Source of the DNA: an uncultured Pelagibacteraceae bacterium
GTDB taxonomy: Bacteria; Pseudomonadota; Alphaproteobacteria; Pelagibacterales; Pelagibacteraceae
Assembly: GCA_902583455.1 (NCBI GenBank)
Contig: CACHVY010000004.1
Coordinates: 33,929 to 97,928 of the forward strand
DNA: 64,000 nucleotides
Direction: 5' to 3'
Below, piece by piece: positions 18,863-29,752 of the stretch. The translations under genes were made by a program, and so were the position numbers. The notes below the pieces were generated by a model. The model saw only the letters and a program-made list of their open reading frames with translations. It had not been told where the DNA came from and did not search any database. The first letter of the stretch is position 1. Each line of letters opens with the position of its first letter.

Positions 18863-19650
18863 TGAAAAAAGGTAAAAAACTTTACGAGGGAAAAGCAAAA
18901 ATAATTTACGCAACTTCTGACAAAAATTACGTAATTCAATATTTTAAGGATGATGCCACTGCTTTCAATAACCAGAAAAGATCTGTGATAGATGGCAAGG
19001 GTGTATTAAACAATAGAATATCTGAACATATATTAAAAAATTTATCTCAAATCGGTATTAAAAATCATTTAGTGAAAAGATTAAATATGAGAGAACAATT
19101 AATTAAATTTGTAGATATTTTACCAATTGAATTTATCGTTAGAAATATTGCAACAGGCTCTCTTACTAAAAGACTTGGTATAGTTGAGGGGACAGTTTTA
19201 AATGACCCATTGATTGAATATTGTTTAAAAAATGATGAGTTGGGAGATCCATTAATTTCAAGAGAACATATTTATGCGTTTAATTGGGCAAAAAAGAATG
19301 AAATAGAAAAAATTAATAAACAACTACTTAGAATTAATGATTTTTTAATCGGTTTATTTAGAGGAGTTGGTATCAAGTTAGTAGACTTTAAAGTTGAATT
19401 TGGAAAGGTAAGAAACTCAAGTAGAAATGAAATTATTCTAGCGGATGAAATAAGTCCTGATACATGTAGATTATGGGATGCCAAAAGTGAAAAAAAATTA
19501 GATAAAGATAGATTCAGAAAAGATCTTGGAAATTTAATTCAAGCTTACAAAGAGGTCGCATCCAGACTTGGGATTTTATATGAAGAATCTAATATAAGAG
19601 AAGTAAATTTCAAAAAACCAAAAGCTATAAAATTAAAAAAAAATAAATGA
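18862..19650 (+). CDS. purC: SAICAR synthetase
   Basis: LYEGKAK, FKDDATAFN, VDFKVEFG, ADEISPDTCRLWD, DKDRFR. Confidence 0.97.
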   Translation: MKKGKKLYEGKAKIIYATSDKNYVIQYFKDDATAFNNQKRSVIDGKGVLNNRISEHILKNLSQIGIKNHLVKRLNMREQLIKFVDILPIEFIVRNIATGSLTKRLGIVEGTVLNDPLIEYCLKNDELGDPLISREHIYAFNWAKKNEIEKINKQLLRINDFLIGLFRGVGIKLVDFKVEFGKVRNSSRNEIILADEISPDTCRLWDAKSEKKLDKDRFRKDLGNLIQAYKEVASRLGILYEESNIREVNFKKPKAIKLKKNK

Positions 19651-19880
19651 AAATAAAAGTAATCGTCACACCAAAAAATGGTGTTCTAGATCCACAAGGT
19701 AAAGCTATACAACAAACATTAAATAGTATGAATTTCATAGATGTTAATGAAGTTAGGCAAGGAAAATACTTTGAAATCGAAACTGATCTAAAAGATGAAA
19801 AAGATGCCAAAAAAAATGTTGAAGATATGTGTAAAAAACTCTTAGCAAATCTTGTGATTGAGGATTACAAAATCTTATAA
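19647..19880 (+). CDS. purS: FGAM synthase subunit PurS
   Basis: VLDPQG, VRQGK, LLANLVIEDY. Confidence 0.93.
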   Translation: MKIKVIVTPKNGVLDPQGKAIQQTLNSMNFIDVNEVRQGKYFEIETDLKDEKDAKKNVEDMCKKLLANLVIEDYKIL

Positions 19881-19881
19881 A

Positions 19882-20565
19882 ATGAAGTCATCTGTTATTA
19901 TATTTCCAGGATCTAATTGTGATAGAGATATGGATGTAGCTCTAAAAAAATTTGGATTTAAAAATAAAATGGTATGGCACAATGATAATGTAATACCGAA
20001 ATCAGATTTAGTTGTTTTACCAGGCGGTTTTTCATATGGGGATTATTTGCGATGTGGAAGTATTGCGGCAAAGTCAAATATAATAAATTCAGTTATAGAA
20101 TTTGCTAATAAAGGTGGTCTGGTTATTGGTATTTGTAATGGTTTCCAAATTTTAATAGAAACTGGTCTTGTTACTGGGGCTTTATTAAGAAATAAATATT
20201 TAAAATTTATTTGCAAAAATATTTTTGTAAAAGCAAATAAAACACAAAATAAATATTTTAATAAAATTAAAAAAGATATTCTCGAACTACATATAGCTCA
20301 TAATGATGGTAATTATTTCTGTTCAGAAGATGATTTAAAATCAATGCAAGATAATGATCAAATTGCAGTCAGATATTGTGATAGTAATGGAGAAATATCG
20401 GAATATTCTAATCCAAATGGGTCAATTCAAAATATAGCTGGTGTCTTTAATGAAAAGAAAAATATTTTGGGAATGATGCCTCATCCAGAGCGTGTTATTG
20501 ATAGTTGTTTATCAAGTAATGATGGATCTTATTTTTTTGAAAATCTTTTGAGTAATATGAAATGA
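19882..20565 (+). CDS. purQ: FGAM synthase glutaminase subunit
   Basis: [33 protein letters not shown]. Start moved to ATG 19882. Confidence 0.96.
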   Translation: MKSSVIIFPGSNCDRDMDVALKKFGFKNKMVWHNDNVIPKSDLVVLPGGFSYGDYLRCGSIAAKSNIINSVIEFANKGGLVIGICNGFQILIETGLVTGALLRNKYLKFICKNIFVKANKTQNKYFNKIKKDILELHIAHNDGNYFCSEDDLKSMQDNDQIAVRYCDSNGEISEYSNPNGSIQNIAGVFNEKKNILGMMPHPERVIDSCLSSNDGSYFFENLLSNMK

Positions 20566-22757
20566 TTGAAGTAAATGAAAAAATTGCAATAGATCACGGT
20601 CTAAAAAAAGATGAATATAAAAAAATATGTGAACTTTTAAAAAGAAATCCAAACCTAACAGAATTGGGAATTTTTTCTGCAATGTGGAATGAACATTGCT
20701 CATATAAATCATCAAAAAAACATTTAAAGAAACTTAACACAAAAGGTAAAAAAGTTATTCAAGGTCCTGGAGAAAATGCAGGTGTTATCGATATTGGTGA
20801 TGATGATGCAATAGTATTTAAAATTGAAAGTCATAATCACCCTTCATTTATTGAACCTTATCAAGGAGCCGCAACAGGTGTTGGGGGAATTCTTAGAGAT
20901 GTTTTTACAATGGGAGCACGTCCAATAGCTAATTTAAATTCTATTCATTTTGGTTCCCCTTCTAATAAAAAAACAAAAAGTCTTTTAAGAGGAGTGGTTC
21001 AAGGAATTGGTGGATACGGTAATTGTATAGGTGTACCAACTATTGCCGGCCAAACAAGTTTTGATGAGTCTTATAATGGTAATATTCTTGTTAACGCAAT
21101 GACACTCGGTCTAGTTAAAAAAGATAAAATTTTTTACTCCAAGGCGGCTGGACTAAACAAGCCAGTTATTTATGTTGGTTCAAAAACTGGAAGAGATGGA
21201 ATTCACGGTGCAAGTATGGCTTCAGCAAAATTTGACGATAAAATCGAGGAAAAAAAACCTACAGTTCAAGTAGGTGATCCATTTACAGAAAAATTATTAT
21301 TAGAAGCATGTCTTGAGCTAATGCGAGATGACTCAATTATTGCAATTCAAGATATGGGTGCAGCTGGCCTTACTTCCTCAAGTGTTGAAATGGCCTCAAA
21401 AGGAAAACTTGGTATTGAATTACATTTAGATAAGGTTCCATGTCGAGAGAAAAACATGTCTCCATATGAAATCATGTTATCAGAAAGCCAAGAAAGAATG
21501 TTGATAGTGCTTGAAAATGGTAAAGAAAAGAAAGCTAAAGAAATTTTTGATAAATGGAATTTAGATTTTTCTGTAATTGGAAAAACAACAAACTCAAAAA
21601 ACATTGAGCTGTATTTTGATAAAAATAAAGTTGCAAATATTCCAATTGATTTACTTTCAGAAGAAGCTCCTGAATACGATAGAAAATGGAAGAAAAGTAA
21701 ATTACCTCAAAAAATTAAATTTACGAAAAAAAATTTTAAAAATCTAAAAATTACTGATGTACTTAAAAAGATATTAGCAAGTCCAAATGTTTGTTCAAAA
21801 GAATGGATTTGGGAGCAATATGATCATACTGTGATGGGTGATACTATTCAAAAACCTGGTGGTGATGCTGGGGTAGTAAGAGTTCACGGAAGTGAAAAAG
21901 CTATTGCAGCTACTGTAGATTCTTCAGCTTCTTATTGTTATGCACATCCATTAAGTGGTGGTAAACAAATTGTATGCGAAACATGGAGAAATCTAATAAG
22001 TGTAGGAGCTGAGCCAATAGCTATAACTAATTGTTTGAATTTTGGAAATCCTGAAAAACCTGAAAATATGGGTGAGTTTGTTGAATGTGTAGAGGGTTTA
22101 AATGAAGCAAGCAAATATTTAAACTTTCCCGTCGTATCTGGAAATGTTTCTTTTTATAATGAAACTAAGGACAAGGGTATCAAACCAACACCTACTATCG
22201 GTGGAGTAGGATTAATTAAAAAATATAAAGACATGATAACAATGGATTTAAAAGAAACTGGAAATATAATTCTTGTAGTTGGAAAAACTGAAGGTCATTT
22301 AGATCAAAGTATTTTTGCAAAAGAAATTTTAAATGAGAAAAAAGGACCACCTCCTGAAATAAATCTTTTTAATGAAAAAAATAATGGGGAAACGGTTTTG
22401 AAATTAATTAAAGATAAGTTGATTAGGTCAGCCCATGATGTATCCCTTGGTGGAATAATGACAGGAATTGCAAAGATGTGTATTAAAGGAAAAAAGGGTA
22501 TAAATTTTTATAAGTATAAAGGACTTATAGATAAATTTGAGTTCTTCTTTTCTGAAGATCAGGGCAGATATATTATTGAAGTTAAAAAGGAAAATGTCGA
22601 TAAAGTTAAAAAAATACTTGATAAAAATTCAAACCATTATGATCTAATTGGTGAGGTAATTGAGGGCAATATTTCAATAAATGATGAGCCAACTTTATCA
22701 GTAGACAAATTAGCAGATTACAATAAAAATTGGTTAAATAAGTATATGGTAAATTAA
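20562..22757 (+). CDS. purL: FGAM synthase subunit PurL
   Basis: [39 protein letters not shown]. Confidence 0.97.
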   Translation: MIEVNEKIAIDHGLKKDEYKKICELLKRNPNLTELGIFSAMWNEHCSYKSSKKHLKKLNTKGKKVIQGPGENAGVIDIGDDDAIVFKIESHNHPSFIEPYQGAATGVGGILRDVFTMGARPIANLNSIHFGSPSNKKTKSLLRGVVQGIGGYGNCIGVPTIAGQTSFDESYNGNILVNAMTLGLVKKDKIFYSKAAGLNKPVIYVGSKTGRDGIHGASMASAKFDDKIEEKKPTVQVGDPFTEKLLLEACLELMRDDSIIAIQDMGAAGLTSSSVEMASKGKLGIELHLDKVPCREKNMSPYEIMLSESQERMLIVLENGKEKKAKEIFDKWNLDFSVIGKTTNSKNIELYFDKNKVANIPIDLLSEEAPEYDRKWKKSKLPQKIKFTKKNFKNLKITDVLKKILASPNVCSKEWIWEQYDHTVMGDTIQKPGGDAGVVRVHGSEKAIAATVDSSASYCYAHPLSGGKQIVCETWRNLISVGAEPIAITNCLNFGNPEKPENMGEFVECVEGLNEASKYLNFPVVSGNVSFYNETKDKGIKPTPTIGGVGLIKKYKDMITMDLKETGNIILVVGKTEGHLDQSIFAKEILNEKKGPPPEINLFNEKNNGETVLKLIKDKLIRSAHDVSLGGIMTGIAKMCIKGKKGINFYKYKGLIDKFEFFFSEDQGRYIIEVKKENVDKVKKILDKNSNHYDLIGEVIEGNISINDEPTLSVDKLADYNKNWLNKYMVN

Positions 22758-23002
22758 TGGCGATGAATTTAAAAGAAATTGAGAGCATGATTAAAGAGGC
22801 ACTGCCTGATGCTATAATAGATATTCAAGACTTAGCTGGTGATGGAAACCACTATTCAGCAACAATTACCTCTTCAGCATTTAATGGTAAAAGTAAAATT
22901 GAGCAACACAAAATGATTTACAACTCCTTAAAAGGTAAAATGGGAAATGAATTACATGCTCTTGCTTTAAAAACAAAGGAAAAAAATGGACCAACAAACT
23001 AA
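22757..23002 (+). CDS. bolA: BolA-family protein
   Basis: DGNHY, FNGKSKIEQHKMIY, LHALAL. Confidence 0.9.
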   Translation: MAMNLKEIESMIKEALPDAIIDIQDLAGDGNHYSATITSSAFNGKSKIEQHKMIYNSLKGKMGNELHALALKTKEKNGPTN

Positions 23003-23318
23003 AGAATTAATTGAAAATAATATAAATACAAATGAAGTCTGCTTGTTTATGAAAGGCACTCCTGATGCCCCTCAGTGTGGTTTTTCAATGGCTGTTGCAA
23101 ATATGTTAAAAATTTTAGAAGTAAATTTTAAAAGTGTAAATGTACTTAGCGATCAAAATATTAGAGAGGGTATAAAAAAGTTTAGTGAATGGCCAACTGT
23201 TCCACAATTATATGTTAAAAAAGAATTCATTGGTGGGTGTGATATTGTCAAAGAGATGTTTGAAAATGGAGAGCTTAAAAAGCTTTTTGAAGACAAACAA
23301 ATTAAATATAAAAGATAA
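22986..23318 (+). CDS. grxD: Monothiol glutaredoxin Grx4
   Basis: FMKGTPDAPQCGFS, WPTVPQLY, GGCDI. Confidence 0.95.
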   Translation: MDQQTKELIENNINTNEVCLFMKGTPDAPQCGFSMAVANMLKILEVNFKSVNVLSDQNIREGIKKFSEWPTVPQLYVKKEFIGGCDIVKEMFENGELKKLFEDKQIKYKR

Positions 23319-23397
23319 TTTTATCTAGAGTAATATCCAATAACTAAGTTGTGTTCCATAACTACTGGATATGGGACTTCTTCAAATATTGGTGTTC
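23315..23397 (-). repeat. Degenerate copy of the rpsD 3' end (relic / att-like direct repeat of 25909..25991)
   Basis: 73/83 nt identical. Translates [24 protein letters not shown] versus rps[25 protein letters not shown]. Confidence 0.95.
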
Positions 23398-23410
23398 AGT
23401 TTAAAAAGAC

Positions 23411-25849
23411 TTAAAACTTTTTTGCCACTTCTATTGTTGCGCCATAGTCATCTATTTCGCTAAATAAATTATAGTTTGAACTTAATTTTACATCAAAACC
23501 GTTTATATCTTGATTAAAATTAATCCTTGCAGTCTCATTTTCCAGCTCTAAAACAAACTCTTCATTTCTATGAGTAACATATCCAGTTAAAAAATATAAA
23601 GTATCACTATGACTATTTTCAGTTTGGAATCTCTCATAAAAAAACATTATTGAAAGACCCGTTTCATTTAATATATCAAAACCAATTTTACCTTTAATAC
23701 TCTCATCGTCCTCTTGATCAATAGATTTAGTATATTTTGTGTTGGAGTCTGACACATAGTTTAAAGAAACATCGGAACTTGGGCTAAGATCATAGCCAAA
23801 GTCTAAAGCCATGGACGGTCTTAAAATAAAATCCTTTTTCAAAATTTCATTACTTACAATAAAACCTCCCGATATACCTAGAGTCTCAACAGTTTGTTTG
23901 TCGTACTGAAGGGCGTTAATTCCTTTTTCACTATAATCATCTAAAGTTGTATAGCTAATATCTAGTTTAAAGTTTGGGGATATATCTCTTTTGTCTTTTT
24001 TAAAAGTATTTATATAGTGCAAAGACCCAAAAACTTGATTTCCATCTCTATCACCATTTAAAGTATTGTTCCCATCTCTTCTTATATTTTTGAAATCGAG
24101 CATACTTAACCCTAAAATTCCTTCTAAATATTTATTTTTTCCAATGTTTATTGTTCTATAAGTTGAAAAACTGTATGCATCAATATCTGTAGATGTGCCC
24201 TTATTGCCCACATCTACATCCTCGTCGGTATAAGTAATAGTGTAACCTTGTACGGTTTTTTCATCAGTTTTTTTATCAAATCCTAATGTTATTGCATTTG
24301 AAGAAATATCCTTTCTTGATGAATTTTTAGTGCTACCAACTCCTCCAACACTTACACTACCCTCACTCCAAAATAACCAATTTTCGTTTATATTTTTTTG
24401 AGGTTTGTTATAATTGATTGATTGAAAAAGTACTTCTGAAAGTTTTTTTAGTTTAGGGTCAACAAAATTTAGGTTAATACTTTGAGGTTTTAAATCTTCT
24501 TCCAAGCTATAACCTCTTATCCAATTAAGTCTATTGAAAATTGGGCTGATTACATGCGAAAGTATTTTTTTAGGTGCACTAGTTTGAGCTTCGATCAATC
24601 CTACTACATCTTTATTATTTAATGGATTTGATCTTGTGGTTCCAGTTGAAAAATTATAAGTAGTTTTATCAGTACTTGGTATCCCGGCATAATTATTTCT
24701 TGAAATATCTATGATTGCAGTTGCATCTATCTGAACGTAATAATCTGAATTTATCTCTAAATCAGATGATGGATTCAAAGTTATTTGAGTATTACTTGTT
24801 AAAGTTGCATCAGTTTCCACATTAAAAGTTTGCACAACACTATCGTCACTAGCTTTTTTTAAAGTAATATTTCCACTTCCAATTTTAATAATTTCACTGA
24901 AATTTAAGACTATATTTGTGGAACAATCTACATCTGTTTCATTATCACTTGGTGAAGATGAACTTAATGTTGGGGCAGTTCCTGGAAAATCACTATTATC
25001 CCAACTAGGGCTATTAATAAGCGTTCCGTCATTGTTATTTATCTCTCCAAATAATGTGGATGATCCTGTTCCATTATTTTCGCCATTTACCTCATCATCC
25101 ATTGACCAATATTCACTTAAAGATCCTGAGGAGGCATAATCACCATAATTCTCGCCTGCATATAAAGTTTCTCCTCCATTATATAATTGTACTATTTCAG
25201 CGTCAGAGAGTGTTGAACTCCATATACCCACCTCGTCTATTTTTCCGTTAAAATGATATTTTACTTTATTGTCAGCATCATTTGGAATATGAGGATATTT
25301 GTTAGTTCTACCAGCACCTATGTACAATCTTTGATTTGTGTTTTCAACAATTGGAACTCTGGCATTATTGCCATTTGCTATCATAACACCATCAACATAA
25401 AGTTTCATTACGTTCGTAGACTCTTGAAATGTTACGGTCTGCATTTGCCAGGTTCCAATATTTATGTCTGTGGTGGAATTCACTTGTGCCCAGGTATCAT
25501 CATCAGCTCCATCACCTGCCCAAAAAGACCATTCTTCATCAGCTGCTATATAAACCATGAAGCCACCTCCTTCATCGCCATTAATCGTGTCTGTTCGAGA
25601 TGTCACTGCTGACTGATAATCACTTGAAGCTCCTGTTTTTACCCAAACATTAACTGAAAAATCACCTGTTGGGTTCATTGACGCGTCAAAAGGAAAGTCT
25701 ACATAATTTGTTGATCCATCAAAACTCAATGAATAATCAGCTGAAAAAGCATAATTTTGATAACCTAGAAAAGAAACTAAAAATAAAATTGTAAAATTAT
25801 TTTTATATTTATAAAAATATTTTAAATATATATTTGAAAATAATTTCAT
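23411..25849 (-). CDS. Autotransporter-like protein with LamG-like jellyroll and Ig-like (Big_5/SbsA-type) passenger
   Basis: SLSFDGSTNYV...FSVNVWVK...LYVDG...FNGKIDEVGIWSSTLS (LamG-like). APTLSSSSPSDNETDV...IVLNFSE (Ig-like). Linker IFNRLNWIRG, barrel strands, terminal Phe. Confidence 0.8.
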   Translation of the reverse strand: MKLFSNIYLKYFYKYKNNFTILFLVSFLGYQNYAFSADYSLSFDGSTNYVDFPFDASMNPTGDFSVNVWVKTGASSDYQSAVTSRTDTINGDEGGGFMVYIAADEEWSFWAGDGADDDTWAQVNSTTDINIGTWQMQTVTFQESTNVMKLYVDGVMIANGNNARVPIVENTNQRLYIGAGRTNKYPHIPNDADNKVKYHFNGKIDEVGIWSSTLSDAEIVQLYNGGETLYAGENYGDYASSGSLSEYWSMDDEVNGENNGTGSSTLFGEINNNDGTLINSPSWDNSDFPGTAPTLSSSSPSDNETDVDCSTNIVLNFSEIIKIGSGNITLKKASDDSVVQTFNVETDATLTSNTQITLNPSSDLEINSDYYVQIDATAIIDISRNNYAGIPSTDKTTYNFSTGTTRSNPLNNKDVVGLIEAQTSAPKKILSHVISPIFNRLNWIRGYSLEEDLKPQSINLNFVDPKLKKLSEVLFQSINYNKPQKNINENWLFWSEGSVSVGGVGSTKNSSRKDISSNAITLGFDKKTDEKTVQGYTITYTDEDVDVGNKGTSTDIDAYSFSTYRTINIGKNKYLEGILGLSMLDFKNIRRDGNNTLNGDRDGNQVFGSLHYINTFKKDKRDISPNFKLDISYTTLDDYSEKGINALQYDKQTVETLGISGGFIVSNEILKKDFILRPSMALDFGYDLSPSSDVSLNYVSDSNTKYTKSIDQEDDESIKGKIGFDILNETGLSIMFFYERFQTENSHSDTLYFLTGYVTHRNEEFVLELENETARINFNQDINGFDVKLSSNYNLFSEIDDYGATIEVAKKF

Positions 25850-25908
25850 TTAATTCAAAATATAAACTAAATATTTAAATTATTAACCAATATTTTATAT
25901 TAAAAAAA

Positions 25909-25991
25909 ATAATTTTATCTAGAGTAATATTCAATAACTAAGTTAGGTTCCATGACCACTGGATAAGGAACTTCTTCGAATTTTGGCGTTC
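25909..25991 (-). repeat. Functional rpsD 3' end; partner of the repeat at 23315..23397
   Basis: Manual alignment. Confidence 0.95.
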
Positions 25992-26532
25992 TAACAAATT
26001 TAATTTTTCTATTTTTCTCATCAACTTGTAGATATTCGGGCGTTTCTCTCTCTTTACTTGCTAATGCTATATCAATGATTGCAAGTTGTTTTGATTTATC
26101 TCTTATTTCTACAGTGTCTTCATCTCTTAACTGATAACTTGATATATTAACTTTCTTACCATTTACTTTGACGTGACCATGATTAATAAATTGTCTTGAT
26201 GAAAAAATTGTTGTTGAAAATTTAGCTCTGTAAACAACTGAGTCTAATCTTCTCTCTAATAAACCTATTAAGTTTTCAGCAGTATCACCTTTCTTCATAA
26301 TAGCTTTTCTATACATATTTCTAAATTGTCTCTCATTTAAGTTTCCGTAATAAGATTTAAGTTTTTGTTTTGCTTGAAGTTGAATACCATAATCTGATGG
26401 TTTTGAATTTTTAGTTTGGCCATGTTGTCCAGGAGGATAAGCTCTTTTGTTAAATGGGCTTTTGGGTCTTCCCCAAAGGTTGACCTTCAGCCTTCTATCA
26501 ACTTTATGTTTAGATTTTAATCTTTTTGTCAT
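25915..26532 (-). CDS. rpsD: 30S ribosomal protein S4
   Basis: [45 protein letters not shown]. Confidence 0.98.
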   Translation of the reverse strand: MTKRLKSKHKVDRRLKVNLWGRPKSPFNKRAYPPGQHGQTKNSKPSDYGIQLQAKQKLKSYYGNLNERQFRNMYRKAIMKKGDTAENLIGLLERRLDSVVYRAKFSTTIFSSRQFINHGHVKVNGKKVNISSYQLRDEDTVEIRDKSKQLAIIDIALASKERETPEYLQVDEKNRKIKFVRTPKFEEVPYPVVMEPNLVIEYYSR

Positions 26533-26544
26533 TAATTATTGGGT

Positions 26545-26572
26545 CTTATAAAGATACATAAAATTTTGTCAA
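26545..26572 (-). promoter_or_regulatory. Candidate sigma70 promoter of rpsD
   Basis: Minus strand TTGACA-N16-TATAAG, ending 12 nt before the ATG. Confidence 0.45.
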
Positions 26573-27286
26573 TCAGCGTTTTTTTCCTAAACTTGCAAAT
26601 ACACTCGATAAAATACGTGTTTCTTTATCGGATAATTCCATTTTGTAAAAAATATTTCTTAAATTTTCAAGCATTATGGGTTTCTTTTCTTTTTGTTTAA
26701 AAAAATTTATTTGATTAAGATGTTTAATACAAAGATTTGTCATTGCTAAAATTTCTTTTTTAGACGCTGCTTTAAACTTTTTGGTTTTTTTTTGTTTAAA
26801 TTTACCTTTAGATAATAGGTTTGAAATATATTGAGCTATAATTATAAGACTATGAGATAAATTTAATGATTTAAAATTTTTATCAGTAGAAATATTTAAA
26901 GTATAATTAGTGTAGGTTATTTCATTATTTGATAAGCCAGATGCCTCTGAACCAAACAAAAATCCAACTTTTTTCTTAAAGTTTATTTTTTTTAAATCTT
27001 TTAACTCTATATGTTTAATATTCTTGTTTCTAATTCTTGCAGATGTTGCAATCAAAATATCAATCTGACCAATTACATCTTCAAGGTTTTGATATACTTT
27101 GCTTTTTTTAATAATATCTTTTGCTCCAACTGATGTAGCTATTATTTTATCATTAGGAAATAAAGGCTTAGGGTCAATTAATATAAGTTTATTGAAACCA
27201 AAATTTTTTATACCTCTTGCACACGCACCTATATTTTCTGAAAGTTGAGGCTTATGTAAAATAAACGTAATATTACCTTTAGCCAT
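26573..27286 (-). CDS. trmJ: TrmJ/LasT-family SPOUT RNA methyltransferase
   Basis: PQLSENIGACAR, ATSAR, FGSEASGLSN, SLNLSHS. Confidence 0.82.
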   Translation of the reverse strand: MAKGNITFILHKPQLSENIGACARGIKNFGFNKLILIDPKPLFPNDKIIATSVGAKDIIKKSKVYQNLEDVIGQIDILIATSARIRNKNIKHIELKDLKKINFKKKVGFLFGSEASGLSNNEITYTNYTLNISTDKNFKSLNLSHSLIIIAQYISNLLSKGKFKQKKTKKFKAASKKEILAMTNLCIKHLNQINFFKQKEKKPIMLENLRNIFYKMELSDKETRILSSVFASLGKKR

Positions 27287-27289
27287 AAG

Positions 27290-28150
27290 TTATTTAATTC
27301 CGTGATTTCTATTATAACTAGATGTTTTTGAAAAACTTATCCCGTCTAGATATTTTTTATCAACATCCCAAATAGATACTTTTAAAGGATAACATTTTGC
27401 AATATCAGATGAATGTTCTGAACCACAATCTCCACCTGGGCATGCAGACAGAACACCTAATAAATTTGTTTCTGCAAAAAACTCTAGATAATCTCCAGGT
27501 CTTACTGGGCTAGATTTCATAAAATATTGTTTTGTATCGTTAGTAAAACCAGTTAACATAAAAACATTCAATACATCATGAACTATCTTTTCGGCTTCCT
27601 CTAATTTAATGTTTTTTTCTTTTACCAAAGCCCTAGTTAAATTTGAATGGCAACAATAATGATAATCTTTATCTGAAATTAGCTTAGATGTATAAGGATC
27701 ACATCTTGTGCCTATAACATCATGGACTGAACCACCATCTTTATCATAACCATACCAGTCTAAAGTATCCCATGTTATTGTGGCTAAAGACCTAAGATAA
27801 GGAAAACTACTAAACATTTTATCACCTACTGAAATATGGGTCCCATATAAAGCTCTAGTTTTTCCAGAATAAAATTTTTCATCTAAATTTTCAGCATTAA
27901 ATATATTTAGATCACCAACCTGCGGGCCTTCAACGCTTTCTATCCTAAAAAAATTACCTGATTTAACATTAAATGTTTTGGCATCTCTTGGTGGTACTAT
28001 AACTTCATCAATTTGTTTAAGGTGTTTTCTCGCTTCATGTAATATTTTAAGATTGTCGTTTATTTTATCATTTGGATAACAAACAACAGGCTTGGCACCT
28101 ACTCTACTTTTAATATCTGTAGGTTTCTCAGAAAACTTTTTTATTTTCAT
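27290..28150 (-). CDS. Urea carboxylase-associated family protein (DUF1989)
   Basis: GPQVGDLN, HDVIGTRCDPY, CCHSNL, HDVLNVFM, SACPGGDC. Confidence 0.8.
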   Translation of the reverse strand: MKIKKFSEKPTDIKSRVGAKPVVCYPNDKINDNLKILHEARKHLKQIDEVIVPPRDAKTFNVKSGNFFRIESVEGPQVGDLNIFNAENLDEKFYSGKTRALYGTHISVGDKMFSSFPYLRSLATITWDTLDWYGYDKDGGSVHDVIGTRCDPYTSKLISDKDYHYCCHSNLTRALVKEKNIKLEEAEKIVHDVLNVFMLTGFTNDTKQYFMKSSPVRPGDYLEFFAETNLLGVLSACPGGDCGSEHSSDIAKCYPLKVSIWDVDKKYLDGISFSKTSSYNRNHGIK

Positions 28151-29752
28151 CTATTTGCTTGCGGGAGCTTTGTCTTTGAACAACTTAAAATCAAGACTAT
28201 CTATTAAAGCTTTAAAAGATGCATCAATTATGTTTGGTGAGACACCTATAGTAAACCAATTCTTTCCTTGGGAGTCAGTGCTCTCAATCGATACTCTAGT
28301 AGTTGCTTCTGTGCCTGTATTTAAAATTCTAACCTTATAATCAACAAGTTTAAGATCTTTTAAATATTTGGAATATTTTTCTAATTTTGTTACATTTTTT
28401 CTTATGGCATTATCAAGTGCGTGAACTGGTCCATTGCCTTCACCTTCACAAATAATTTGCTCACCATCAACTTCCAATTTAGCTTTTGCTTTAGAAATAA
28501 TTTGTTCTTGTTTATTTTTTGATACAGATACATCGTATTCTTTAATAGAAATATATCTTGGTATTTCGCCCATAACTCTTCGAGCTAATAATTCAAAAGA
28601 TGCATCAGCACCATCATAACTGTAACCTATAAACTCTCTATCTTTTACTTCTTCAAGTAATTTTTTTATTTTTGGATCATTTTCCTCAATCTCAATTCCA
28701 ATAGTTTTTAGTCTTGATAGTATATTGGATTTGCCTGACTGATCTGAGACAACAATATTTCTATTATTACCTACATCCTCTGGATCTATATGTTCATAAG
28801 TTTTAGGATCCTTTTGAACTGCTGACACGTGTAAACCGCCTTTGTGAGAAAATGCTGCAGCTCCAACATAAGGTAAATGTTTGTTTGGTTTTCTATTTAA
28901 TATCTCATCAAGTAATCTAGAACATTGAGTTATATGTTTTATATTTTTTTCTTTAATGTTTATTTCAAATTTATCTGATAATTCTTTTTTAAGATGAAAT
29001 GTTGGTATAATTGACATTAAGTTTGCGTTACCACATCTTTCACCTAAACCATTTATTGTTCCTTGAATTTGTCTTGCTCCAGATAATACAGCTGCAATTG
29101 AATTTGCTACTGCATTACCTGTATCATTATGCGCGTGTATTCCTAAGTTTTCGCCAGGTATATGTTCTGATACTTCTTTGACTATTTTAGTTACCTCATG
29201 AGGAAGTGTTCCTCCATTTGTGTCACAAAGCACAATCCATTTAGCTCCATTGTCATAAGCAGCTTTAACACATGCTAATGCATACTTTGGATTAGTTTTA
29301 TAACCATCAAAAAAATGTTCAGCATCAAACATAAACTCTTTATTACTTTTAACAAAATGTTTTGTAGTTTCTTTTATGTTTTCTAAGTTTTCTTCGTTTG
29401 AAATTCCTAATGCCACATCAACATGGAAGTCCCATGACTTTCCTACTACACAGACTGCATTTGTATTTGAATTAAGTATTGCAGACAATCCAGGATCATT
29501 TTCAGCGCTCCTACCTGCTTTCTTGGTCATTCCAAATGCTGTGAAAGTAGAATTTTTAAGATTTAAACCTTTTTGGAAAAATTCAGTATCAGATGGATTA
29601 GCACCTGGCCAGCCACCCTCAATATAATCAACGCCTAAATTATCTAATGCATGAGCTATTTTTGTTTTCTCATCAATAGAAAAATGGACGCCTTGAGTTT
29701 GTGCACCATCTCTTAATGTCGTATCAAATATATAAAGTCTTTCTTTACTCAT
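28151..29752 (-). CDS. cimA: Citramalate synthase (LeuA/CimA family)
   Basis: DTTLRDGAQ, IEGGWPGANP, FDAEHFFDG, HAHND, GERCGN, HKGGLH. Start ATG 29752 overlaps the cysS stop. Confidence 0.88.
   Translation of the reverse strand: MSKERLYIFDTTLRDGAQTQGVHFSIDEKTKIAHALDNLGVDYIEGGWPGANPSDTEFFQKGLNLKNSTFTAFGMTKKAGRSAENDPGLSAILNSNTNAVCVVGKSWDFHVDVALGISNEENLENIKETTKHFVKSNKEFMFDAEHFFDGYKTNPKYALACVKAAYDNGAKWIVLCDTNGGTLPHEVTKIVKEVSEHIPGENLGIHAHNDTGNAVANSIAAVLSGARQIQGTINGLGERCGNANLMSIIPTFHLKKELSDKFEINIKEKNIKHITQCSRLLDEILNRKPNKHLPYVGAAAFSHKGGLHVSAVQKDPKTYEHIDPEDVGNNRNIVVSDQSGKSNILSRLKTIGIEIEENDPKIKKLLEEVKDREFIGYSYDGADASFELLARRVMGEIPRYISIKEYDVSVSKNKQEQIISKAKAKLEVDGEQIICEGEGNGPVHALDNAIRKNVTKLEKYSKYLKDLKLVDYKVRILNTGTEATTRVSIESTDSQGKNWFTIGVSPNIIDASFKALIDSLDFKLFKDKAPASK

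Larger units (their letters stand above)
23315..25991. mobile_element. Putative single-gene island at the rpsD 3' end
   Basis: One accessory gene flanked by 83-nt direct repeats of the rpsD 3' end; no integrase present. Confidence 0.6.
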
